Source of the DNA: Dictyostelium discoideum
Lineage: Eukaryota
Length of the DNA stretch: 64,000 nucleotides
NCBI GenBank assembly: GCA_000004695.1
Contig: CM000152.2
Location: 2,400,001 to 2,464,000 of the forward strand
Direction: 5' to 3'
Made by a program: the position numbers and the translations under genes. Under the pieces are notes generated by a model. That model saw only the letters and a list, made by a program, of their open reading frames with translations. It ran no database searches and was not told the DNA's origin. Positions 26,971 through 40,691 of this stretch are shown piece by piece; within the stretch, counting starts at the first letter, position 1, and every line of letters starts with the position of its first letter.

Positions 26971-28066
26971 GGATCTTTTGGTAATTTACCAACTAATAAT
27001 TTATTTGCAGGTTTTGTAGTTGGATTTTGAAAAGTATTAATGAAATTACCATTAGAATAAATACCAGAACCACTGATTGCACTAGTTGCACCAATATTTG
27101 CAGCTAAAACATTTGCATTGTAAAGTTTTGACCAAGATTCTTGAATACCACGTGCATATGCATAATTTACATTTACCCATTGAGTAGAGTAAACTAAATT
27201 ATGAATTCCATACTTTTGAATTAAAGTTTTTTGTGGTTCTTCAAATAAAATATCGAAACAAATAAACATACCAAATGTAACATTGAAATTTGTTGAAAAT
27301 ATAACTGGATCAGGTGGTGATGATGGATTAAAATATGGTTCACTATATAAATGAGATTTATGATATTTAGCTAATAATTCACCTTTCTCTGAGAATGCAA
27401 CTTGTGTATTATATTGAAATCTACCATCAGCTGGACAATTATTATTATTATCATTATTATTAATTGATGTACTATTATCACAATATTGTACATCACCCAT
27501 ATCCGCTACCAATACAATTGAATTTTGAATTGCAATACAACTTAAACTTTGTAAAATAGTTCTATTATCGAAATCCTCATTATTACATGGTATAATCTTA
27601 ACAATGATTGATTAATTGATTGATAGATTGATTGATTATGGTTGATTAATATCAATTATATTATTAAGGTCATTAAAAATGTAAAAAATAAAAAAATAAA
27701 ACAACATACTGGTTGTGAAGATTGATGTGGATCTGGTATAACTTCAAGATATGGTAATACTTGATCTCTTGTTGCAAATGCATTACCTAATAAACCATAC
27801 TCTGGGAATACTATAATTTGTGCTCCTTGACTTTTTGCTATTTGTACATATGAATTATATCGTTTAACATTTGCTAAAACATATTTAATTGGTGTTTCAT
27901 TTGGATCTTTAAAATTATATTCTGGTGGTGTATACTCTAATACTGCTCCAATATAGTAATCATCATCATCATTATTACCTTTTACAAATCCTAAAAGTGT
28001 CAAAATTATAATGAATATTAAAAAAACAACAAAAAATAATTGTTGTTTAGATTTTTTAATATTCAT
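26331..28066 (-). CDS. Secreted carbon-nitrogen hydrolase of the biotinidase/vanin (pantetheinase) family, 2 exons (28066..27710, 27596..26331)
   Basis: N-terminal signal peptide MNIKKSKQQLFFVVFLIFIIILTLLG. IVFPEYGL (catalytic Glu region) is in exon 1 and FGMFICFDILFEEP (catalytic Cys) is in exon 2. The donor GTATGT follows ...HQSSQP and the 113-bp intron ends ...gttaag. Confidence 0.72.
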
Positions 28067-28510
28067 ATTTTTTTTATTATTTTAAATTATTTATTTGTAA
28101 ATAATATATATATATATATATAATTGTATAAAAAAATAAAAAAAAAAAGAGAGTGAAAATAAAAAAAAAAATAAAAATTTTATTAAATTGCGATATGGCA
28201 GTCCCAGAATTTAAGAAAAATAAAAAATTAAAAAAAAATTAAAAAAATTAAAAAAATTAAAAATAAAAAAAATATTTTAAAAATATATTAAATAAACAAA
28301 AAAGAAAATGGTTTAAAACTGACTTTAAGAACAGTAATAATTTTGAATATTGACATTTAAAATTATTACTGGATACTTTTTTTTTTCATACAAAAGATTG
28401 TAAATGATATTAAATTTAAATTTTAAACCAATTAATTACTGTATACTAAAACCACCACGTAAAATTTTTTTTTGAAAATTAATTTTTATTATGGTTTTTT
28501 TTTAAAGATT

Positions 28511-29375
28511 TTATCTTGCTTTAACTTTCTTTTTATCTTCTAAGAAATAAATTTCAGATAATGGTACAGTTGGATATTTCTCTTCAATTAAATCAACAAG
28601 TTCCTCACCAAAATCTCCTTGAATATCGATATCTTCAGAATTTGGATTTGAGATTGATTTAACAACAGAACAACCACAACTAAATTTCTTTGCCATAACT
28701 TTAGCTGCATCTGATAATTTTATACCATATAATTCTAAACCTGTAATCTTTGTAACATGTTTTCTCTTATTTCTTTGATTAACTTCAATGATAATTTGTG
28801 GTTTAACTTCTTTTTTCTTTTTTGATACTTTTTCTTTTTCTTTTTCTTCACCAGTAGCTTCTTTTGATTCTGATTTACCAGCATCAACATGACTAACTTC
28901 TTTTGAATCATCAACAATCTTTAAATCTTTTAATTTCTCTTCTGTATTTTCTGTTGATGTAGTTGTTGTTGTTGTTGTATCTGTAGTAGTAGTAGTAGCA
29001 GTAGTATTTGATGAATCTTTACCTGATGCTGTATTTTTATTATTATTTGGATGTGGTCCATTCTCTTTTAAACATTGTTTTGCTGATGGTCCATATTCGC
29101 AATATTCAGTTGGTAAAGAACAAACTATTCATTTTATAAATTAATAATCCACCATTATCATTATCATTATAATTGTAATAAAGATAATAATAATAAAATA
29201 AAATAATCGAAATCAAATAACAATAACAATTATCACCATTAAAAAAAAAAAAAAAAAAGAAAATTTATATTAGAAAAATAATTTTAATAAAATTTTATAA
29301 TTTATTCAATTTACTTTTGCAATATTCTACAACAACTATTGGCTGTGATGGTGTTGATGACTCTGTATCACTCAT
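28511..29375 (-). CDS. Density-regulated protein DENR / Tma22 (SUI1-domain translation reinitiation factor), 2 exons (29375..29315, 29124..28511)
   Basis: Exon 1 encodes MSDTESSTPSQPIVVVEYCK with donor GTAAAT. Exon 2 begins (I)CSLPTEYCEYGPSAKQCLKENGP, the conserved DENR Cys motif. The C-terminus QRNKRKHVTKITGLELYGIKLSDAAKVMAKKFSCGCSVVK... is a SUI1 domain. The ORF track shows only the terminal 61 aa because no ATG/TTG/GTG precedes them in frame. Confidence 0.72.
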
Positions 29376-29650
29376 TTTTATATGAATTTATATGTATATA
29401 TATGTTTATGTGTTGTTCAAAAAAAAAAAATAAAAAAAAAAATGGGAAATGAAATTTTGAAAAATTTTTAAAAAAATAAAAAAAAAAAATAAAAAAAAAG
29501 TGGGAGATAATTAAAATTTTTAAACGAAATTTGTGAAACTAAAATTAAAAAATTAATTTTTAAAATATGAAATCTTTTTTTTTTTTTTTTTTTATGAAAA
29601 CCAACTACTAATCTTATACTAATAACCTCCCCACAACAATTTATTTACAA

Positions 29651-29772
29651 CTATTTCTGATGATCAAAAGAATCTAATATTTGTTTTTTGAATAAATCTA
29701 TTGAATCACAAACTAATTTCTTTGATTCTTGAATCGATATTAAATCTTTATTATTATTACAATTTTTACAAA

Positions 29773-29833
<61 letters not shown>

Positions 29834-30584
29834 TTTTTTATTTAATTCTTCTATAATTTCAATTAATTCTAAATTTAGAAATATCATTATTGTATTAGTA
29901 AAAAAAAATAATAATAATAATTATAAAATTAATTTTTAAATAAATACCATTTTTGGAATAAAATAAATAAGTATTATTTATTGATAAAGGTGATTTTAAC
30001 CATAAATGTTTTGCAGTTTGATCATTTTGATTTGGTAAATTATAATCAGCACCTTTTTGAATTAACAATTCAATACAATTCATGTGATTATTGATGATTG
30101 CAATATGTAATGCAGTCTCACCAAATTTAGATTGTTGATTAATATCAATGAATGGGTTATTTAATAAAATCTTTAAACAATTTATTGAACCATTTAAACA
30201 TGCTAAATACAATGGAGTTTCACCACGATGATCACTTGAATTTATAATTTTTTTAATGATTTCAGAATTACCATTTGTATTATTACTACTACTATAGTTT
30301 GTTGCATGTTCTAATATGACATTGATTGGTAAATGCTTACCTTCTAAACATGCCCAATGTAATGGTGTCATTAATTCATTGTCACGAATTGTTGATAAAT
30401 CAAAATCAGCTCCTAATATCTTTATTAAATATCTTGTTATTGCTTCATTTCCACCTGAACATGCTAAATGTAAATAACTCTCACCATGATCACCCCTTAC
30501 TTTTTTTAATGTTTCAATATCTGTACTTTTTACAATTGATAAGTGTGAAAATTTAATTGCTGCTATTACATTTGCGTCCATCAT
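29651..30584 (-). CDS. Ankyrin-repeat protein, probably 2 exons (30584..29948, 29868..29651)
   Basis: ANK repeats (G-TPLHWACLEG..., GETPLYLACLNG..., GETALHIAIINNH...). The C-terminal part is either read-through junk or, after a GTATTT donor and ...aaatttag acceptor, joins the Asn-rich exon ending ...KKQILDSFDHQK. That splice is low-confidence. Confidence 0.55.
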
Positions 30585-30591
30585 TAATTTT

Positions 30592-30635
<44 letters not shown>

Positions 30636-31036
30636 CCAAAAACAAAAAAAATAGCCAAACAAAAAAAAAAAAAAAAATTAAAAAAATTAAAAATCATACT
30701 TTTTTTTTTAAGTGGTAATCAAATTTACAAAAGTAGATTTTTTATTTGTCTTTGGAACTAAACTACTATAAATTTTTTTTTTTTTTGGGTGGTGGGGTTG
30801 TTAAAAATATATAAAATTATTTAAAAGAAAGGATTCTATACAAAAATTGAACCCGAGTTAATTTTGATGTTCAAAGATTAATGCAATATTAGTGGCCAAT
30901 AAAAAAAATATATTTTTGGATTAAAAAGAAAAACTGGGTGCAAAAAACCTTTTTAACAATATACGTCATTTTAAATTTTAAAAAAAAAAAATCAAAAAGG
31001 TGGGATTTTTCCACTTTTTAGTTTCGTCACTTGACG

Positions 31037-31067
<31 letters not shown>

Positions 31068-31374
31068 ATATTTGATTTCAGTTTTTCCTCGTGGAAAAAA
31101 AAAAAAAAAAAAAAAAAATAACTGATGTTTTTGTCATACTCAAAACACAGGTCGCAAAAAATCTAATTTTTTTTTTTTTTATTATTTTAATTTTAATTTT
31201 TTAATGATTTGCTTTTTTTTTTTTTTTTTTTATTTTTTATTTTATTTTTTTTTTTTTACTTTTTTATTTTAATTCTAATAACCAACAACAATAAAAGTTT
31301 TTTCTTTTTTTTTTTTTTTTTTTAGTTATTTGATATTAAATATATAAAAAAACAAAAAAAATAAAAAAATAAAA

Positions 31375-32326
31375 ATGTCATCATTTGAACAAATTGCAAC
31401 TTATTTAAATAGTTTAAATGAAACTACACAAAAAATTCAATCTAAAAAATCAACCATTAATTCATCAAGGGACACTGTTGAATTTAGAGGGACAATAAAA
31501 TCTGTAACTAATCGAAAAATTAAAAAAAAATAAAAAAAAAATAAAAAAAAAATAAATAAAAAAAATTTTAACTAATCAAAATAATTTTTTTTTTTTTTCC
31601 TATTTTTAATTTTTCTATTTTTAATTTTTTATTTTTTTTATTTAATTTTATCCTTAGGATATCGAAAATGGTAAAACACTTATAAATAATATAAAACAAC
31701 AATTATCAGGATTTTCAAGAGCAGATAGAGTTAAAGTAAATAAATTAACAGGTCAATTCAATGAATTGACAAAACAATTTGAAAAAGAGAGTACAGAAAT
31801 TATAAATTTACAATTAAGAAATGCAATTGGTTCAGGTGGTAGATCAGCATCATTATCAATAAATAATAGAGATGCATCAAGTAGATCAGGTTCATTAGCA
31901 GGTAGAATACATCCAGTTCATAATAATAATAATTTTAATAATAATAATAAAGGTTATAATAATAATGATGATGATGAAATTAAATTACAAACATTGGAAA
32001 TTACATTATCAAATGCAGAACCAGTTGAGGAATTAATTTTACAAGAATATAATACAGAAGTTCAAACATTAGTTAAAGATTTAACAATGTTAAAAGAGAT
32101 TTCAAATGATTTACATTTATTAACAACAGAACAACGTGCACCATTAGAACAAGCAAGTAAAAATGTTGATATGGTTGAAATGAATGTTTCTCAAGGTAAT
32201 CAAGAATTAGTAAAAGCAAATCAGTATGCTTGTAGTGCTCGTAAGAAAGTCGTAATAATTGTAATTTTAGTTTTAATAGTCATTGGTTTAGTCGTAGGTT
32301 TATGTGTTGGTTTGGTTAAAAAATAA
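31375..32326 (+). CDS. Syntaxin-type Q-SNARE with a C-terminal TM anchor, 2 exons (31375..31503, 31658..32326)
   Basis: Exon 1 is MSSFEQIATYLNSL...GTIKS with donor GTAACT. Exon 2 has a SNARE motif ...TEQRAPLEQASKNVDMVEMNVSQGNQELVKANQY followed by KKVVIIVILVLIVIGLVVGLCVGLVKK (tail anchor). Confidence 0.7.
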
Positions 32327-32365
32327 AAAAAAAATAAAAAATAAAAAATAAATTATTAAAATAAA

Positions 32366-32409
<44 letters not shown>

Positions 32410-32593
32410 GGTTGTGTGTGTTAAAATTAAAGTGATTCAAAATAAATTTTTTTTTTTATATTTATTTTATAATAATTAATCCAAATAAAAAAAAAAAAAA
32501 AAAAAAAAAAAATCTATAAAACTTTTTTTCAAATAAAAATGGAATTTGGGGGTTGCAATACTTTCAATAAAAAAAAAATAAAAAATAAAAAAA

Positions 32594-32626
<33 letters not shown>

Positions 32627-33795
32627 TTTTTTTTTTTAACTTTTTTTGAATGAAAAAATAAAAAAAATAATAATAATAATAAATAATCACCCCTGTAAAC
32701 TACTTATAACCATTTTAGTGTGAATTTTTTCAAAACCCTAAAATCCAGAAATTTAGGAAAAATTAAAAAAAAAAAAAAAATCAACTATCAAGATCTTTTT
32801 TTTTTTTTTTTTTTTTTTTTTTTAGTATAGATCATTTATCCTTTTCTTATAAATTTATTTATTATTATAGTATGTAATGATCTAAAAAATCGAATATAGT
32901 AAATCAAAATTAATAAAAGAATAAAATAGAAAATCATTGTATTTTTTACTTTATTTTATTATAATAGTAATAAATATAGATATATATATATATTTTTTTT
33001 TTTTTTGTAAAGAAAAATAATAAATTTATAAATAAAATAAAATGAAATAAAATAAAATAGTAATAGAAATTATAATAATAATAATGTTACAAAAAATATA
33101 TATATATATATTTTTAAATAGACACATGATGTCACATATAATTTCTATAATAAAACCATATTTTAAATAATAATTTTAAAAAATAAATATAATCAATAAT
33201 TAAATACAAAAGAGGAAATATGTTTATACATATATATCTGATTGGTTTTAAATTAATAATAATAACGCTACACTACACCTCACCACTCTCATATAGATAC
33301 ATAGATTTAAATTGTACAATTCACTCACACATTAATAAAATAATAAAAAAATAAATAAATAAATAAATTAAAAATATTTATGTACCCCTACAATCACATA
33401 TTGTTTTTTTTTTTTTTTTTTTTTTTTTTTATTATTTTTAAGTTATCCAAAAAATAAATCAAAAAAAAAAAACTAAACACAATTCTTATTATTTTTTTCC
33501 TTTTTATTTTTATAAATATACAATTTACTAATAATTTTATATCTATATTAGAATATTATTTTTTGTAATATAGCTTCAAATTATTTATTTTATTATTTTT
33601 ATTTTCTTTAAATTACACAAATTAAAAAAAAAAAAAACAAACCAAAAAAAAAAAAAACAAACCAAAAAAAAATAATAATAAAACATAACCAAAACAAAAC
33701 AAACAAACAACAACAATAACAACACAGATAAAAAAAACAAACCAAAAAAAAAAAAAAAAATTAAAAAATTAAAAAGAAGAGAATAAAAAAAAAAA

Positions 33796-36700
33796 ATGCA
33801 ACCCAAAGATTATATGAGTAGTTCTCATGCCAATTGGGAAAATATACAAATTGATGTAAGTAGAAAAAAAAAAAAAAAAAAAAGTAATCCAAATCAAATT
33901 CCAACCCATATAAATTTTTTATCCTTCTTTTTTTATATCCCCTTTTTTTTTTTTATTAATTAATTAATTAATTAAAAATAAATAGTCATTTACAAGTTGG
34001 ATTAATCAACATTTATCAGAGAGAGGCCTATCAGTTAAAGATTTATCAGTAGATTTTCAAGATGGAGTATTATTGTTAAATTTATTAGAGATATTATCAG
34101 GTAAAAAGATTGCAAGATATGTTAGATCACCAAAGTTTTTACAACATAAAATTGATAACATTATGATTGCATTCAATTTCATGGAGAAAGCATTTGACAT
34201 CAAAGTTTTTGGTTGTAATGCAAAAGATATAGTAGATGGTAATTTAAAACAAACTATGGGTGTAATCTTTCTTTTAATTCAAAAGATTAAAGTTAATTTA
34301 CATTTAGATCATTTACAAGAACAACAAGGTGAAACAACTGGTACAACAACAACAATAACATCTACAAATACTACAACAACACCAACAAAACCAAGATTCT
34401 ACAGAGCTAGTATGCAAGTAAATGCCGCAAATAGATTCTCTCATATCTCTCCAAACAAAGATCAATCATCTTCAACAGTAGCAACAACAACAACAACAAG
34501 TACTTCTGTAGTACAACCACAACCACAACCAACTACAGCCACCCCAACAACAACAACAGCAACCACTTTAACACCACCAGTTGCATCTCAACAACCAGTA
34601 TCGACAGCGCCAGCCACAGTAACACCATCAACAGTTATACCAACAGTTACACCATTGAATACCACCACCACCACCACCACCGCTACATCTACCTCAACTA
34701 ATGTACCAACAGCAACAACAAATGTACCACCAACAGCAACAACAACAACAACAGGAACAAGAATTTCCCCAACAACAGGTGTATCAGTTAGTACGATTAG
34801 AAGTAAATTTTTATTTGAAGGTGGTACAGGTAATACAACAGGTGGTAATGAAAAATATAATACATACTCACCAGGTAGTGGTAATACTAGTGGTGTTGTT
34901 GGACCATCAACATCATCATCATTAAATATATCATCAGAAAGAGTATTAAAAAGAACAGAATCAGGTTATCTTATTTCTGGTGGATTATCATTAAGTGGTA
35001 GTGGTAGTGGTGGTATTCATGAACCATTACAACGTACAGTTAGTTTAATTGAAATTAAATTAAATGATCATCAAAGTAAATTCTACGATTTGAAAAAGAT
35101 AATTTTCATGCAATCGGTTATTCGTGGTTATTTAGTGAGATCTAAATGGAGAAATGTATTAGAGAAATATAAACAACATTTAAATGAATATAAAAAACAT
35201 TTTATGAATAATAAAAAGGCATATCGTGGATTAATACGTGTTCAAGCAATAGTTAAAGGAAAGATTCAAAGAAAGAAACTCTTTAAAATGTTCCCACTTT
35301 ATCGTAGAAATGAAATTGTCAAAGAGATTCTCTCCACAGAGGACAAGTATGTAACGTCGTTGGCTATGGTGACAACCCACTATTTGAAGCCAAGTGAAGC
35401 TTTTCTATCGACTCAACAAGTTCGTAGTATTTTCTCACAGATTGAGATCATCCATCGTTACAATAGTTTAATTTTGGAGAAATTAGTATCGAGAAATAAG
35501 ATTTGGTATTCGTCAGGTCAAAAGATTGGCGATATTTTCATAGAAATGTCTGCTTTCTTAAAGGTGTACACCATCTATGTAAACAATTACAATAACTCTA
35601 TCCAAACGATTACCGAGTGTATGGAGATACCAAAGTTTGCATCGCTTTTGGAAAAGAATCGTAACCAATTCGGCTTGGATTTATCTGCATTCTTAATTGC
35701 ACCAATTCAACGTATTCCTCGTTATATTCTATTATTACAAGATTTGTTGAAAAATACTAAAGAGTCACATCCAGATCACCAAGATCTTTCATTGGCTTTA
35801 AAGAAAATGAAAGATGTTGCTGAATATGTCAATGAAAAGAAGAGAGAGGCTGAGAATCTTAATCAAGTATTAACCATTCAATCTTCATTAACTGGTAAAT
35901 TCAATAATTTAGCTGAACCACATAGAAGATATGTTAAAAAGGGTACTTTAATTTCAAATGATAAAATTCATCTTTACTTTTTATTCAATGATTTATTAGT
36001 TAAAACAGAGAATAAAATCGTTAGCAAAATTCGTGACTCTGCTCGTTTATCAAATAATAATTCAAGTGATAAAAATTCAAAATCAACTTTTCATTCACCA
36101 AAAGAAATCATTAATGAAGGTAAATCAAAATATTTAAATTCTTACTTTTTAGCTGGTTCTTCATTAGTTGATTCAAATCCTGATGGTTTCACTTTTCAAA
36201 TTATTGGTGTTGGTGATGCAAATGAATTAAATAGTCAAATCAATAATCAAATCAATAATCAAAATAATAATCAAAATAATAACCAAAATAATAATCTAAA
36301 TAATAATAATGATGATTCACCAATTTTATCATTTTCACCATTTTCTTCATCATTCGCTTCAACAATTACAAATAGTTTAAGTTCTATTGGTAATAGTAAT
36401 AATGTAAATAATAATAATAATACCTCTTCAAATAGTGGTTTTGTAAATAGTAGTAATAATAATATAAATATTGTAAATAGTAATGGATCATCACCATTAA
36501 CAAATAGTGGTCATGGTTTAAATAGTTCATTTGGTATTAGTAGTAATAATAATAATAATTTAACAATGCCAACTACATCAATTCAATTAGAAGCATTATC
36601 ATTAAATGAGAAAATGACATGGATGGGTGAATTGGATGAATGTATTTTTCAACTTTTAGAGAAATCAAAAAGTAAAAAGAGATCATTGATAACTGATGCT

Positions 36701-39152
36701 GATGAGTTAACAACAGTACCATTTGATATATCAGTTGTAAAAGATTCAGAATTTTCAAATGTTTTAGAAAAGAAACATAGTGAAATCTCTTGGAGATCAA
36801 AGAAATTCTATTTAAAGAATACTCATCTCTATTATCATCGTTATTCGTCAACTGAATCTCCAAAAGAACCAACTAAAATCAAATGTATCAATTTAATACT
36901 TTGTTCAGTTAAATTGGCTCAAGTAGTTGATCATCCACATTGTTTCCAATTGATTACTCCATCAAGAATTTACTTTTTCAGTTGTGAAGATTCAACTGTA
37001 CTATTCCAATGGATCTCTTTAATTAGATTATCAATTAAAAAGAAATTGGAATCTTTGAAAGATGAAAATAATAATATTAATAATTTCACAAGTATCGCTA
37101 GTGCTACCTCTCCAACTTCTTCAAGTAGCAATACTACTCCAATAGTTGTACCAATAGCTTCTCATTCAAATGCTACAGGTTCTTTATCTGCTTCATTGGG
37201 TAGTTCTTTCTTAAATCAACAACAAAGATCTTTAGAACAACAACAACATTTAAATACTTCAAATTCAAATTTAACTCCATTAGCTTTATCTTCACAGGTA
37301 TTATATCATATTAATAATTTTATATCTACATCTACATCTACATCTGCATCACAATCACAATCACAATCACCATCACCTTCACCTTCACACTCTATCAATC
37401 AAAAACAAAAAATTCGAAAACTATCATTTTATCAAAGTAGGTCAAATACTCTCATTAATATCAATAATGATGAAGATAGACTGAATTCTTTTCCAACTTC
37501 TACTCTATCTGTTTCTTGTCTTTTAAATAATGATAACCATGGTAATAATGATTTTGATGGTAAATCCTTCACCAATAATATTGATATTACCACCACCACA
37601 ACTACAAATGATGATAATAATAATAATACTACTACTACACAAGTCAAAAAGGGGAAGGATTTATCTTGTTCAAAAGAATTAAACTGTTCTATTAGTCATG
37701 ATGACAATAGCAAAGGTAGTAGTGGTTACGGTAATAATAGTTGTGGTGATAATATTAATAATGATGAAAGTTTGGCACAAAAAAATTTTAATTCTATAAT
37801 ATCTTTTTTTTTAAGCACAAAAAAATTCATTAAATCTCCTAAAAGGACTATCTCTACTTCTTTCCTTTTTTCTTAAAAAAATTCTATTTATATCTTTCCT
37901 TTCTTTGTAAAAATGTATTTTTTTTTTTTCTTTTTTTGGTAAATCTATTTTTTATTTTTTTTTTATTTTTTTTATTTTTTATTTTTTATTTTATGTGTGT
38001 GTGTGAATTGAAATCATTTTAATTTGAATAATATTAATATTAATTTATCTTTTTTATAAAAAAATAATTAAGGATTCAATATTAAATATTCCAGGTAATA
38101 ATAATTGTGCAGAATGTGGAGCATCAGATCCATCATGGGTTTCAATTAATTATGGTGTTGTAGTTTGCTTAGATTGTTCATCAATTCATAAGAATTTACC
38201 AGAAGGTAATGTAAAATCAGTTAGATCGTTATCAGTTGCATTCTCTGATATCGTTAAAAAACAAGAAGGTAATATCAAAGCAAATAATAAATATGAAAAG
38301 AATATTCCATCAGGTTTAACAAAACCAAATCCAAAAGATTCTTATGAAATTAAATTATCTTGGATAAAAGCAAAATATATTAATAATAATAATAATAATA
38401 ATAACTCTCAAAATGGAGATTCAACAACACCAACACCAACACCAACTTCAACTACAATTCATGTAAATAATGATTCTACACCTACTTCACCAAATTTAAA
38501 TTCACAATCATCACCACCACCAACAGCAACAACAACACAAACTGAAAATGTAAAATTAGATAATGGTAGATCATCACCAACACCAACACCAACACAAACT
38601 GAAAATAATAATAATAATGTATTAACACCAACAACAACAACAACAAATACTACTACTTCAACTACAACTGGTAGTAGACCAACAACACCAACAATATTAA
38701 ATAATGAAGAAGAACATATTCAAGGAATAAATTTAAAGGATAGTACTGATACATCAAATGGAAAAGGAACATGGAGTCGTGGTAGTTCACATGCAATCAC
38801 TGAAAGAAAAACAAGTTTCTTGGATAAACCACGTGTTCCAGTTAAGAAAGAACATCAAGGTTATTTATTTAAAACAAGTTCTCCAACTTCAAATAATTCA
38901 AGTGATTGGAAGAAATATTTATTCGTTTACAAGAATGACGTTTTAACTTATTATAAAGTTTCAAAGAAAAATAAAAGAAAAGAAAAAGGTATCATTGATT
39001 TATTCCATTCAGTTAAACAAGAAAGTAGACCAAAACAAAAATATTCCTTTACTCTTGTAACCTCTCAAAGATTATATTTCTTGGCTTCTGAAACTGAAGA
39101 AGAAATGAAAATTTGGTTAGATGTTTTATCTTCTCATACAACTCATTAAAAA
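33796..39152 (+). CDS. gxcDD: Multidomain Rac-GEF with CH domain, IQ motif, DH (RhoGEF), PH, ArfGAP zinc finger and C-terminal PH. The architecture matches Dictyostelium GxcDD. At least 3 exons (33796..33855, 33986..~37730, ~38095..39152)
   Basis: Exon 1 is MQPKDYMSSSHANWENIQID with donor GTAAGT. Exon 2 begins SFTSWINQHLSERGLSVKD... (CH domain), then the IQ-like IIFMQSVIRGYLVRSKWRNV and the DH domain (EIVKEILSTEDKYVTSLAMV...LLQDLLKNT) and PH. The 3' exon encodes CAECGASDPSWVSINYGVVVCLDCSSIHKNL (ArfGAP CX2CX16CX2C) and a terminal PH domain (GYLFKTSS...KKYLFVYKNDVLTYYK...KIWLDVL). The exon 2/3 junction is ambiguous (see findings). Without splicing the ArfGAP and PH domains are lost. Confidence 0.7.
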
Positions 39153-39524
39153 AATAAAAATAAAAATTAAAATTAAAAATCAAAATCAAAATTAAAATCA
39201 AAATCAAAATAAATAATTAAAATATTAAATTTAAAACTAGTTTCTTTTTTTTTTTTTTTATTATTTTTTTTATTTCTATTTTCAGATAATAGTTTATTTA
39301 AATAACGACGTTTTGAATTTTAATATCTTTTTATAATTTAAATATCTTTGCAAATGTTTTAATTAGGTGTTAAAAATAAAAAATAAAAATAAAAAAAGTA
39401 ATCATTGGGTGTAAAAATAGTTTTTTTTTTTTTTTTTTTTTTTCAAACATAAAAGAAATATTATTATTATATGGTTAAAAATAATAAAATAAAATATTAA
39501 GGATTTAAAAAACCTATTTCAAAA

Positions 39525-40220
39525 ATGGATAATAATAAAAAAATTAGAGCAATTATTACTGGTGCAAGTGGAATGATTGGTGAAGGTGTTGTACAAAATG
39601 CAATTGAAAGTGATGAAGTTGAAAAGATATTAATTGTTGGTAGAAGAGAATCTGGATTTAAGAATGAAAAAGTTAAAGAAATTTTACATAATGATTTTTT
39701 AGATTTAACAAATATTCAAAATGAATTCATTGGATATAATTCAGTATACTTTTGTGCTGGTGTTTCATCAGTTGGATTGAATAGAGAAACTTATGAAAAA
39801 TTAACAGTTGATATGCCAATGGAAATGTTAAAAAAATTTGAAATTGTAAATAATATGAAATCAAAGGATGATAATGATTGTACATTCATTTATATAACAT
39901 CGGCATTAACAAATTCCGATTCTTGGTTAATGTGGTCACAAGTTAAAGCAAAAGCAGAGAATCAAATTATATCTTCAAATTTCAATAAAACATTTGCATT
40001 CCGCCCAGCATGGATACAACCAAATATACCAGGTTTAAAAAATGCATATAAAACCTATAAATACATAAGTTGGATGTATCCAATTGGCCGATCAATCACT
40101 CAAAATGGATTTGTTACTTTAAGAGAGTTAAGCAGAGCAATGATACATGCTTCAATAAATGGTTATAATTCAAATATAATTCATGGTAGTGATATGGTTA
40201 AATTATCTCTAATTAAATAA
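39525..40220 (+). CDS. NAD(P)-binding Rossmann-fold protein (atypical short-chain dehydrogenase / NmrA-like), paralog A
   Basis: The N-terminal KIRAIITGASGMIGEGVVQ is a G-x-x-G-x-x-G dinucleotide-binding motif. Single exon, 231 aa. Confidence 0.65.
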   Translation: MDNNKKIRAIITGASGMIGEGVVQNAIESDEVEKILIVGRRESGFKNEKVKEILHNDFLDLTNIQNEFIGYNSVYFCAGVSSVGLNRETYEKLTVDMPMEMLKKFEIVNNMKSKDDNDCTFIYITSALTNSDSWLMWSQVKAKAENQIISSNFNKTFAFRPAWIQPNIPGLKNAYKTYKYISWMYPIGRSITQNGFVTLRELSRAMIHASINGYNSNIIHGSDMVKLSLIK

Positions 40221-40245
40221 TAATAAAAATAAAAATAATAATAAT

Positions 40246-40283
<38 letters not shown>

Positions 40284-40623
40284 GATTTTGATTTTGATGG
40301 GTTTTGAAAAATTTATCACCCCACACTCACCACAGGGGTTAAATTTGTAATTTGCCAAACAAAAATAATTAAATTAAATTAAATTGAAAAAAAATGAAAA
40401 AAATTAAATTAAAAAAAGAAGGAAAAAAAAAAAACAAAAAAAAAAAAATTGAATATAAATACAATTTTTTTTAATTATTTTGATTATTAAATTAAAAATT
40501 TTTTTAACAAAATTCCAACCAAATAAAAAGTTCCCTTAATGAATTTTTTCAAAAAATTATGTAGGATTTTGTTTTTTTTTTGTTTTAAATATTGGTTAAA
40601 AAAAAAAAAAGTAAACCCGGGAA

Positions 40624-40691
<68 letters not shown>

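Noticed and set aside
28735-28917. 60-aa minus-strand ORF (MLMIQKKLVMLML...) inside the DENR locus
   Set aside because: It is the wrong frame of the DENR exon 2. The correct frame is open from 29124 to 28511 and encodes the conserved Cys motif and SUI1 domain.
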